A stretch of 64,000 nucleotides of DNA, from the IMG/VR virus record IMGVR_UViG_3300044858_001565, positions 1 to 64,000 of that record; one strand, 5' to 3'. The notes below the pieces were generated by a model. That model ran no database searches. It had not been told where the DNA came from and saw only the letters and a list, made by a program, of their open reading frames with translations. Positions within the stretch are counted from its first letter, which is position 1, and every line of letters begins with the position of its first letter. The stretch comes from a virus. The position numbers and the translations under genes are program-made. This document shows, piece after piece, positions 19,901 to 27,953 of this stretch.

Positions 19901-22261
19901 TGTGGAGAAGTTTGCGTCGTTTCCTAGAGCAGCAGCCAGTTCATTCAGTGTGTCTAGTGCAGCGGGCGCAGCATTCACCAAATTTGTAATTTCAGTTCTA
20001 ACAAATTGAGTGGTGGCAACCTGTGTGGTATTGGTTCCTGATGTGGCAGTAGGTGCTGTGGGTGTTCCTGTGAGGCTTGGAGACACCAAAGTAATTCCAG
20101 CAGCAGCAGAAATGCCGCCAGTAAAGGTTTGCAGAGCAGTGAATGTATTCGCTGTTCCTGTTCCGACTGCACCGATTTCACCAAGAGTCCATGAAACATC
20201 TGCGCTGCCGTTCACTGACTTTCCAGTGGAACCAATGGTTATGGTTCTGCTCGTTCCCCAGTTCGCTGTGGTAATGTCGGCGGAACCATTGAAAGCGGTT
20301 CCGTTGATGTTTCTAGCGGTCTGTAGGGTGGTTGCAGTGGTGGCATTTCCTGTTACAGCACCTGTAATAGGACCACTGAATCCAGTTGCTGATGTCTGTA
20401 GACCCGTGAAGGTGTTTGCACCTAGAGATGCACCCGTGACCGCACCGGCGTTCCCGTTGAACGACAGGACACCAGTATTTGAAATGGTCACAGAACCAGT
20501 TGCAGCCGATACTGAAATTCCACTGCCTGCCACTGCTGCCGATACACCTTGTACAGAACCAGTGCGACCATTGAAAGCGGTCACTGTGTCAGCAACAATT
20601 TCATTCTGAACGAAAGCAGTAGTTGCTATTTGTGTGGTATTGGTTCCAACAGCAGCAGTGGTTGATGCAGGAGTCCCCGTAAAGGTTGGTGATGCTAGCA
20701 GTGCGTAACTAGCAGCAGCAACCCCACCCAATTGTGTGGAATTGGTTGCGGTTGTGGCATTTCCTGTGAGAGGACCACTGAAACCCGTAGCCGATGTTTG
20801 TAGACCTGTAAATGTATTCGCGCCAAGAGATGCACCCGTCACTGCACCAGTGGCTCCGTTGAAGGACTGAACACCTATGTTCGTGACGGTCACGGCACCA
20901 GTTCCCGCACTGACGGCAACACCCGTTCCTGCGGCAAGACTTGTGACACCACTGTTTGTGATAGTAACTGTACCAGTGTTAGCCGAAACGGAAATTCCTG
21001 TGCCAGCAACCGCTCGGGTGACACCCGCATTTGTAATAGTTACTGCGCCAGTAGCACCAGAAACGCTTATGCCGTCGCCTGCTACCGCTGCTGATACTCC
21101 CTGAACTGAACCAGTTCTACCATTGAACGAGGTGACCGTATCCGCAACAATTTCGTTTTGAACAAATGCAGTAGTGGCAATCTGTGTGGTGTTGGTTCCA
21201 ACGGCGGCAGTGGTTGATGCAGGGGTTCCCGTGAAAGTGGGAGATGCCAGTAGTGCGTAACTGGCGGCGGCAACGCCTCCCAACTGAGTTGAGTTGGTTG
21301 CTGTAGTGGCAGTGGTTGCGTTTCCAGTAAGAGGACCGCTGAAACCAGTAGCCGATGTCTGTAGACCTGTGAATGTATTTGCACCAAGGGATGCGCCTGT
21401 GACTGCACCTGTTCTTCCATTGAAAGATGTAACTATGCCATCAGATACTATTGCAGTTTTTAGATTTGTAAACGAAATGAATCCACTGGTCAGTCCAGGA
21501 TCTGATCCACACGCTCCTTGAAAGCCATTGAGATTAAATTGTGGAAGTGCTGAAGTTGCATCTCCAGCACCAAATCCTGTTGGTGGTCCTTCTGTGTTTA
21601 TTTCCGTGTACAATGCAACCTTCAGGGCAGGAAGGTTTGCAAGGTACATTGAATTGGGCGTTCCGCTCTGTTGAAATGCAATCCAGTCTTCCGGACCTAT
21701 CTTTTTCGACGGCATCGTTGAGCCACCGAACAGGTAATTTAGATTGATGTGAAATGTGTTTCCCGCCGGAGACATGGGGAATGTTATTCCAAGACCGGCA
21801 GACAATCCAACTGTGCCGGTTTTTCCGTTTACAGATGAAACAAGAGTGGTAATTCGTGTTCCGTTTAGGGTGATTCCTGAAGTAGAGATGCCGAGTGGAG
21901 TATTAACATATGCATTTCCAAATTGCACATAAGGACTTGTCAGAGCATCAATAGAGTCAACTCCAATGTTTGCGTAGAAAAACGCACTAGTGTCAAATTG
22001 TGCTTGACCAGAAACGAGAATACTTTCATTGAAAGTTGCCGATTCATCGAAATACACAGGCTGAAGGAAGGCTGCTCTTCCGGTGAATGTGTTTCCAGCA
22101 CCAAGACCAACCAACTCAAGGGTGTTAGCAGTGCTGCCAATGAACATTCGATTCTGAACAAGGTTGACAGCCAATTCACCTGTAGTAAGACCAGATGCTC
22201 CATCAAATGTGGGAATTCCACCTGCTCCATTGGTGCTGTATTTGATCTTGATTTTTGCCAT
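16988..22261 (-). CDS. long tail fibre protein (1757 aa) with internal modular repeats (ends ARGWFM)
   Basis: Mtd_N-like start and the classic SPSLTGTPTAPT...AALDTLNELAAALGND fibre motif. Five copies of a ~100-aa module. Late promoter CTAAATA at 22272-22278. Confidence 0.9.
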   Translation of the reverse strand: MAKIKIKYSTNGAGGIPTFDGASGLTTGELAVNLVQNRMFIGSTANTLELVGLGAGNTFTGRAAFLQPVYFDESATFNESILVSGQAQFDTSAFFYANIGVDSIDALTSPYVQFGNAYVNTPLGISTSGITLNGTRITTLVSSVNGKTGTVGLSAGLGITFPMSPAGNTFHINLNYLFGGSTMPSKKIGPEDWIAFQQSGTPNSMYLANLPALKVALYTEINTEGPPTGFGAGDATSALPQFNLNGFQGACGSDPGLTSGFISFTNLKTAIVSDGIVTSFNGRTGAVTGASLGANTFTGLQTSATGFSGPLTGNATTATTATNSTQLGGVAAASYALLASPTFTGTPASTTAAVGTNTTQIATTAFVQNEIVADTVTSFNGRTGSVQGVSAAVAGDGISVSGATGAVTITNAGVTRAVAGTGISVSANTGTVTITNSGVTSLAAGTGVAVSAGTGAVTVTNIGVQSFNGATGAVTGASLGANTFTGLQTSATGFSGPLTGNATTATNSTQLGGVAAASYALLASPTFTGTPASTTAAVGTNTTQIATTAFVQNEIVADTVTAFNGRTGSVQGVSAAVAGSGISVSAATGSVTISNTGVLSFNGNAGAVTGASLGANTFTGLQTSATGFSGPITGAVTGNATTATTLQTARNINGTAFNGSADITTANWGTSRTITIGSTGKSVNGSADVSWTLGEIGAVGTGTANTFTALQTFTGGISAAAGITLVSPSLTGTPTAPTATSGTNTTQVATTQFVRTEITNLVNAAPAALDTLNELAAALGNDANFSTTITNSLANKAGTTGGGASGTWGISITGNAATATNSTQLGGTAAASWALLASPTFTGTPASTTAAVGTNTTQIATTAFVQNEIVADTVTAFNGRTGSVQGVSAAVAGDGITVSGATGSVTITNAGVTRAVAGTGISVNANTGTVTITNSGVTSLAAGTGVGVNASTGAVTVTNNGVQSFNGSTGAITGVGSIVAGSNVTISPTGGTGAVTINATVPTVNNGTLTMNTSGNGISGTQTFTANQSSAATFTVASNATDANTASTIVFRNASGNFSAGTITAALTGTASNASALGNTAASGWAQLAAANTFTGLQTSATGFSGPLTGNATTATTATNSTQLGGVAAANYALLASPTFTGTPASTTAAVGTNTTQIATTAFVQNEIIADTVTSFNGRTGAVQGVSAAVAGDGITVSGATGSVTITNAGVTRAVAGTGISVNANTGTVTITNSGVTSLAAGTGIGVNASTGAVTVTNNGVQSFNGSTGAISGVGSIVAGSNVTISPTGGTGAVTINATVPTVNNGTLTMNTSGNGISGTQTFTANQSSAATFTVTSNATNANTASTIVFRDASGNFSAGTITASLTGTASNSSALGNTAASGWAQLGSANTFTGLQTSATGFSGPLTGNATSATNASQLGGVAAASYALLASPTFTGTPASTTAAVGTNTTQIATTAFVQNEIVADTVTAFNGRTGSVQGVSAAVAGDGITVSGATGSVTITNAGVTRAVAGTGISVNANTGTVTITNSGVLSFNGATGAVTGASLGANTFNGLQTINSGGLYVNGGGTTFGAPQGVVFEYGLRQTRVSSNIDNAGGLIVDRGTTLGSASGAPLTVRGGPLNLLNNSIFNVYTGTTSGFAGNCPLNVYASGNIGLYSSNPSGGIGLGTYAELLLNAGTGNADGSVTVNGSDLVLGTKSANGEDYTPVALEFTGTSFPIRYTTLTANPSGSDKTITLPNESGTVALETKSNARGWFM
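17630..21430 (-). repeat. intragenic repeats: five copies of the (NSTQLGG..ALLASPTFTGTPASTTAAVGTNTTQIATTAFVQNEIVADTVT.FNGRTG.VQGVSAAVAG) module, including a ~897-bp tandem duplication
   Basis: Visible in the translation. DNA at 18301 matches DNA at 19198. A sixth copy lies at about 10480-10950 in the other fibre. Confidence 0.9.
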
Positions 22262-22285
22262 AGTGTATCAGTATTTAGCGACAGA

Positions 22286-22507
22286 TTAGTAGACCTGTCC
22301 GTCCAAATGAGGCTCTTCACGCTTTTTGCGCTTGGACTGTGATTCTATTTTGGATTGCAGTTCTTCTATTTGCTTGTGTAGAAAAGCATTCCGTTCCCGT
22401 TCTATGAACAGGTTTGCTTCAAGGATCAGATTCTGATTTGTAAGTTCTCTAAACTTGTTTTGTAAAAAAGGAATGACAACAGTTTCATTGTAATTAGGTT
22501 CACTCAT
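22286..22507 (-). CDS. small coiled-coil fibre-associated protein (ends LDGQVY)
   Basis: Paralog of 11654 and 1917; AAGGAG RBS. Confidence 0.8.
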   Translation of the reverse strand: MSEPNYNETVVIPFLQNKFRELTNQNLILEANLFIERERNAFLHKQIEELQSKIESQSKRKKREEPHLDGQVY

Positions 22508-22524
22508 GGGGATTCTCCTTTAGA

Positions 22525-24552
22525 TCAAGACCAGACACCACCGTCTATGGTGGCTTCAATTTGTGTGCAACTCAAAATATTTGTATTCGCATTAAATGTT
22601 ATTCCAGAAGCCTTGTCAATCCACAGGTCTAGTGCGTCACCAGCATCAGCCACAAAAGTAAGGAACATTTCTCCATTAGTGGTGTTTCTGTCCTGAACTT
22701 TAACTTTGTTTGCCGTTCCTACGGTGAGTCCCGTTGGAGAAGTAAAAACAGGAACTCCAGAAGCATTGGCAAGCAGAATTTGTCCATTCGTACCAGCAGC
22801 GGTTGCAGTAAGACTAGTGGCTGTCTTATAAATTACTCCATTTGTTGCAACCCCACTTATGTCTGCTCCTGCACCACCGTAAGCAAGACCAATCGCGGTT
22901 GCGTTCCATGTTCCGTTGGTAACGGTTCCCACGGATGCCAGGCTTGATCCAACAACTCCACTTCCAAGGAATGTTGATGCAAGAGCAGTGGCTCCATTTA
23001 TTCTGTATGCATAACCAGAATCTAAATTGAAGTGCTGATTGCTTGTCCAAGCACCACCATTATCGTTTTTCCACAGGAGTGTTTTCTGTGTAGGATTTCC
23101 TGTTGTGTTTACTGCAATACCTGACCCATCCATTGCAGAATCAGTACCGGTAGAGCCACCTCCAATTCCGTTGTTTCCAAGTTCAAAAATCTTGTCGTCT
23201 ATCTGAACATTGGTTGAATTTATTGTGGTCTGTGTTCCGTTTACAAACAGGTTTCCACTGACAGTAAGAGTAGCACCTATGGTAGCATTTCCAACTGTAT
23301 CAAAAGTGGTGTTTCCTGCACTGCCAATAATAGTCAGTGTTTCGTTAACAGCAACTTTACCGTTGAAAGTAATTCCGCCAGCAGCAGACAGTCCTGCGGT
23401 GAGGGTTTGCAGACCAGTGAATGTGTTTGCACCAAGAGATGCGCCTGTGGCATTTAGTGTGATTGCTGCCGATCCATTGTAGGGACCACCTGATAGGAGG
23501 TGACCAGCAGACAGGTTTGCAAGGTCACTGCCCAGTGCAATACCAGAAATGGTTGAATTGGCTAGTTTGGTATTCGCTATTGAACCAGTGGGAATTGTGG
23601 TGGTCAGAGTGACATTTGCAGTACCATCAAAGTTGACTGCTGGAGCCGTAATATCACCAGAAAGCGAGAACCCTCTGGGTGTATTTAGAGCGGTTGCAGT
23701 AGAAGCATTTCCTGTCAGGCTGCCAGTGAATGTAGCGGCACGAACCGCGCCTGCAAAATCAACTGCTCGTTCAAATGTGGTTCCCACACGAACATACATT
23801 ACTCCCTGTGTTCCGCCTGGCAGAACTCCTCCGCTCGGACCAATCAGCACATTCCCATTGAAACCGGCATTGGTCAGAACAGCAAAGGAAATTCCCTGAC
23901 CAAGAGATGTGCCAGCAGGAATATTTGCTAGTGGATATGTTACTCCACCCAAAGTTCCAAATATGTTTTCTGTATGCAATCGTGCGTAACTGGCACCCGA
24001 AATACCTGCAAGATTCCACGAATCGTTTGCAATTCCGTTTAGATTGCCAGTAAATGTGGTGGCAGTTACAGATCCACCAAATGTGGCATTTCCATTAAGA
24101 GACAACCCATTCATTCCATAGACAAGACCCGCAAATGTGGCACCATTAGACACCCACAGATTAGATGTGGTGATTCCTTGCAGTGCGTTCACAAGTCTGG
24201 TGAATGTCGCACCAGCAGCGGATATTCCCGTGACAAACTCTGATCCTGTTGCTGAACCAGACGCAAACTCTACGAGATCACCGTTACCTGTTCCACCACG
24301 ATACCAATACACATATGCCTGAGTGACACCACCTGGAACTCCTGGTGTGCTGTTTGCAACAATTATTACCTTTTGACCAATGTAACGAACACCGGGAACA
24401 ATCAAGCCATTTACTAGTGCAACACCAGCGGCGGTTGTTCCAAGCGGATCTTCCCACGGACCCAGATACGCATCTGCTGGTCGTGGAACGAGAACCTTGA
24501 AACCCTTTGCGGGTTCATTGTTTGCTTGGAATGCAGAGTATCCTATAGGCAT
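22525..24552 (-). CDS. tail fibre-like structural protein (ends IDGGVWS)
   Basis: GNLFVNGTQTTINSTNVQIDDKIFELG, ASTATAL.TPR.FSLSGD and FDGTANVTL fibre motifs. Paralog of 11912. Confidence 0.85.
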   Translation of the reverse strand: MPIGYSAFQANNEPAKGFKVLVPRPADAYLGPWEDPLGTTAAGVALVNGLIVPGVRYIGQKVIIVANSTPGVPGGVTQAYVYWYRGGTGNGDLVEFASGSATGSEFVTGISAAGATFTRLVNALQGITTSNLWVSNGATFAGLVYGMNGLSLNGNATFGGSVTATTFTGNLNGIANDSWNLAGISGASYARLHTENIFGTLGGVTYPLANIPAGTSLGQGISFAVLTNAGFNGNVLIGPSGGVLPGGTQGVMYVRVGTTFERAVDFAGAVRAATFTGSLTGNASTATALNTPRGFSLSGDITAPAVNFDGTANVTLTTTIPTGSIANTKLANSTISGIALGSDLANLSAGHLLSGGPYNGSAAITLNATGASLGANTFTGLQTLTAGLSAAGGITFNGKVAVNETLTIIGSAGNTTFDTVGNATIGATLTVSGNLFVNGTQTTINSTNVQIDDKIFELGNNGIGGGSTGTDSAMDGSGIAVNTTGNPTQKTLLWKNDNGGAWTSNQHFNLDSGYAYRINGATALASTFLGSGVVGSSLASVGTVTNGTWNATAIGLAYGGAGADISGVATNGVIYKTATSLTATAAGTNGQILLANASGVPVFTSPTGLTVGTANKVKVQDRNTTNGEMFLTFVADAGDALDLWIDKASGITFNANTNILSCTQIEATIDGGVWS

Positions 24553-24571
24553 ATGTCCTCTTCCTACTTAA

Positions 24572-26260
24572 TCAGGGTGCCGATGTTTCATCCGACCAAA
24601 TCGTTCCATTGAATGCGACAACTAGGTTTTGATTGCCTCCATAAGCACTACCAAGAGTCATACTGTAAATAACATAACCATGAGCCACGCCTGATACATC
24701 ATCAGCCTGAGCCAATGATATTTGATTAAACGAGTCGTTTTCTTGAACAGAATTTCCAAATAGAGTTTCATTACCAGCGTCTATATTCACCACTCCTTTG
24801 ATAGACTGGTTTTTATCATTTAGGGTTAGACCTCGTGGAAGGGCTATGACAAATGTTGAGTATTGCGTTCCTGATGCCATATTAAAGGTTGATCCAGCAA
24901 CCCCCGCTGCAATCGCGGTACCAGAAGTTGGTCCCAAGAACGAATTTGGAAGACTTCTTACAGCGGCAGAGGTGGTTGGAACGCTTGCTGTTGGTCCATA
25001 GAAAATTCTCTTTCGGAACGACACATATGTGTTTGTTCCGTCTGCAAGCATCTGTATACCGTTTCCAGTGTTTGCAGTCAGACCTTCTTTTGCGAAGAAT
25101 CGGAACATCATTGAGGTAAGACCAGCAGCAGGATTTACGGGATTGTTCACCGTAAATGTTGTTCCTGTTGATCCCACATTTGGAGTAACCAAAACAAAGT
25201 TTACTCCGTTTTCAGTATGAGTAGTGCTGTACCAGTTTGTGCCGTTGTTTGGCGAGTACTGCATTCCCACTTCTGCAATATTGTGGTATGTAGTACTCAT
25301 GTTGGGTCCAACAGCAATGGTCACATTTACACTTGTGCCTGTGTTTCCGCGTTCTCTCCGTCTTCCAATTTCTCCTATATGGACACCCGTGAGGGTGGTT
25401 GTCCCCGTAACTCCAGTTGCACTTACTGTTGCGGTGGGATTAGCGAATGTCTGTGGCTGTATTGTGGTGTAGGTAAGTGTAAATCCAGTTGGCTGACCAG
25501 AATTGTCCTTGACTGTATATCTGTAGTGGTATGGAGTGGTTATCCACTGCGTGATGTTTGCCGTATGGGTTGCACTTGCGGTGTATCCTCCTCCATTTAC
25601 GCTCGGAAACTCTGCAAATGGAGCGGATGTATCGTGGAATGGAGATCCGCTGATGGAAGTTGTTGACCACCCACCAGGATTGGCAATAGCGGCGGCAAGA
25701 CTGGCGGCTTGTTGCCATTCAAGTGTTGATCCATTAGCAGTATATCCTGGAGTGAGCAAGTTATAACTAAAAGTCAATCCGAGAGAGACATTTCCCTGAA
25801 CTCCATACAAAATTGTGTTTGCCTGTGTATGCGAAGTGAGATGTATTCTCATGGTAATATACTCTACCAACGCGTCCAAAATTACTTCAATTGGACTCTT
25901 TCCCGCTGATAGTATTGTTTCTCCTGTCCTAAATCTTCCAAAACTTTTATTATCACTCAGGTTTAGTGTCACATTGGATGTGAAAAGAGTGGCACCAGCA
26001 ATGGCAGCAGCAAGATCGTATATGCCTTTGACGGTGCTGAGAGTTGCAGCGGCAGTAATGCCTGTGGGACCGCCCTGAATGTTCAGCAGATTTCCGTTTG
26101 TGATGCCTGCTCCGACCCATACAGAGCCGCCATCTGCATTTCCAATGTACACTCTGTTTGCAAAAGTGCCACCAGTCTGACCCATGAAAGCAAATTCACC
26201 AAAGGTCAATCCGCTTGGGACTGTAGTGGTTGTGGTGCGCTTGATCCTAATAATTGCCAT
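24572..26260 (-). CDS. structural/fibre protein with Mtd_N-like N-terminus
   Basis: MAIIRIKRT...PSGLTFGEFAF; G/T/S-rich beta composition; positional paralog of 13352. Confidence 0.8.
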   Translation of the reverse strand: MAIIRIKRTTTTTVPSGLTFGEFAFMGQTGGTFANRVYIGNADGGSVWVGAGITNGNLLNIQGGPTGITAAATLSTVKGIYDLAAAIAGATLFTSNVTLNLSDNKSFGRFRTGETILSAGKSPIEVILDALVEYITMRIHLTSHTQANTILYGVQGNVSLGLTFSYNLLTPGYTANGSTLEWQQAASLAAAIANPGGWSTTSISGSPFHDTSAPFAEFPSVNGGGYTASATHTANITQWITTPYHYRYTVKDNSGQPTGFTLTYTTIQPQTFANPTATVSATGVTGTTTLTGVHIGEIGRRRERGNTGTSVNVTIAVGPNMSTTYHNIAEVGMQYSPNNGTNWYSTTHTENGVNFVLVTPNVGSTGTTFTVNNPVNPAAGLTSMMFRFFAKEGLTANTGNGIQMLADGTNTYVSFRKRIFYGPTASVPTTSAAVRSLPNSFLGPTSGTAIAAGVAGSTFNMASGTQYSTFVIALPRGLTLNDKNQSIKGVVNIDAGNETLFGNSVQENDSFNQISLAQADDVSGVAHGYVIYSMTLGSAYGGNQNLVVAFNGTIWSDETSAP

Positions 26261-26262
26261 TT

Positions 26263-26712
26263 TTAGAACTCTCCTCCGTCAAGGGATACATCCGTTATTG
26301 GTTCCACAGTACCGTCTAGTGTGAATCCACTGAAGCCTGTCTTGGAAACAATCACACCATCCACGAGCAGTTTTCCTGTGATATTTATATCACCAACCAC
26401 TCCCAGAGTGCTTGAGAGAGTCACCCCCGAAGGGCTTCCGCTAAAGGTGTTTCCATTAACATTGAAATATTGAGCAGTGAGGGTGTCTGTTACAGTCACA
26501 TTGTCGGGCAACCCTATGGTGTAGGTGTTGCCGCTGGCTGTGATCTCTATTTCATTTTCCGTTCCAACCAGTGCAGCACCACCCGATGCACCGCTTGCAC
26601 CTATTACAGTAAAGGTGTACGACTCCCACCCCTCGCCGTTCCACCGCCAGGTCTTGCCGTAGGCAGTGTAGAGTTGATTGGAAACCGGTGAGTTGGGAAA
26701 GTTCAGGGGCAT
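26263..26712 (-). CDS. short virion structural protein (ends LDGGEF)
   Basis: The MPLNFPNSP...Y...GKTW.WNG..W N-terminal motif is common in phage fibre proteins. Confidence 0.75.
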   Translation of the reverse strand: MPLNFPNSPVSNQLYTAYGKTWRWNGEGWESYTFTVIGASGASGGAALVGTENEIEITASGNTYTIGLPDNVTVTDTLTAQYFNVNGNTFSGSPSGVTLSSTLGVVGDINITGKLLVDGVIVSKTGFSGFTLDGTVEPITDVSLDGGEF

Positions 26713-27953
26713 TACAGTAGTTCAAACCATCCCAATTCACCCAAGAACGATGTTCCGTCCGTATACGGGGACACCACAAGGGTCACGGTATCGGATGTGC
26801 CGCCAATGGTGTGTCCCAACTGGTACGAAAACTCACGCGCACCATCCGATCCGCCCAACTCCATTATCGCATTAGAATCAAAATATCCTGACCGTATAGA
26901 AGTTCCGCCGGACACGGATATGGCTCCCCCTGACGGATACGCATACTCCACCGCGCTGTTCGCGCTGTGTGCAGTCCACCCTGCGTTGGTGAGGGTGGCA
27001 TTGGAGAACAGTTCCCACCGAACCACACGGGGCTGATTTGCATTGAGAGGAATAATTGCAGCAGAAATGTTTGCAGGAATCACGATGGAGTCCAATCGGT
27101 CACTCCTCAGCCGTATGGACGCAACATGGTAATACTGCCCTGCGGTGGCAAGATTGACTGGAGCAAGAGTGGTTCCCACATGGAACAGGGGAGATATGGG
27201 TTCAAATCCACCCTCTGATATCACGGACGAGCATATGGTCTTCAGAGTGCTGCCACTGCCAGCGGTGTTGCCGTTGAATATCTCTGCCCGTATGGGAAGA
27301 CACGCGGTAGTCATGTACGGGGTGCTGTACAGGTTGTCATTGTGGAAGGTGTGTGCAATCACTGGCTTGCCGTCGTGGAAGAATCCGCAACGAACATCAC
27401 CCACACCAAGCCACTCCACATCCATCCAGAAAATGTTGCCCTTTGTTGGGTCAAGGGTTATTCCTGAAGCCCCGCTGCCGTCTAGTTTGTCTCCGTTCCA
27501 CTGACCCTGATACACGCGCCGCTCTGCGGAAGAACCAGTGACGCTTGAGCGCAGCACGAACGCAAGACTTACTCCCATCAGCCCTGCCTGCTCAAAATAT
27601 ATTCCGTTGTCTTGGTTGTAGAAGCCCACGCGCTGTGTAAGATTGGCTTTTCCAGGATTCATAACAAAGGTGTTCAGCACCAACAGGGACTTGCCTGGCT
27701 GATACGCAAAAATTCGTTTGGTCTGACGAATCACGGACGCTCCTGCCGTGGTGCCGATCACCATGTCTACGGAACTCTGATTTGACAGATAGGATGTGGT
27801 TCCGCCGTTCACCACAGCAGTATCAAACTTTCCGTTGTCCTTGTATCGGTGCTGCGAATCAAACAGGGTGAACGGCGTGGCTACCTTCAGGCGGTTGAAT
27901 GCGTCAATCGCACCGTCTTCAAAGCCAACCTTGTTGTTGAACAAGTAACTCAT
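26712..27953 (-). CDS. conserved T4-like virion structural protein
   Basis: DAFNRLKV..PFTLFDSQ, RQT...F.YQPGKS and WLGVG.VR.GF motifs seen in aquatic T4-like phages. ATGA/TAATG coupling to both neighbours. Confidence 0.75.
   Translation of the reverse strand: MSYLFNNKVGFEDGAIDAFNRLKVATPFTLFDSQHRYKDNGKFDTAVVNGGTTSYLSNQSSVDMVIGTTAGASVIRQTKRIFAYQPGKSLLVLNTFVMNPGKANLTQRVGFYNQDNGIYFEQAGLMGVSLAFVLRSSVTGSSAERRVYQGQWNGDKLDGSGASGITLDPTKGNIFWMDVEWLGVGDVRCGFFHDGKPVIAHTFHNDNLYSTPYMTTACLPIRAEIFNGNTAGSGSTLKTICSSVISEGGFEPISPLFHVGTTLAPVNLATAGQYYHVASIRLRSDRLDSIVIPANISAAIIPLNANQPRVVRWELFSNATLTNAGWTAHSANSAVEYAYPSGGAISVSGGTSIRSGYFDSNAIMELGGSDGAREFSYQLGHTIGGTSDTVTLVVSPYTDGTSFLGELGWFELL

Noticed and set aside
5685-26260. 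Invertible tail-fibre switch (shufflon/Gin-like)
   Set aside because: All modules are co-oriented, with no site-specific recombinase and no flanking inverted repeats seen.
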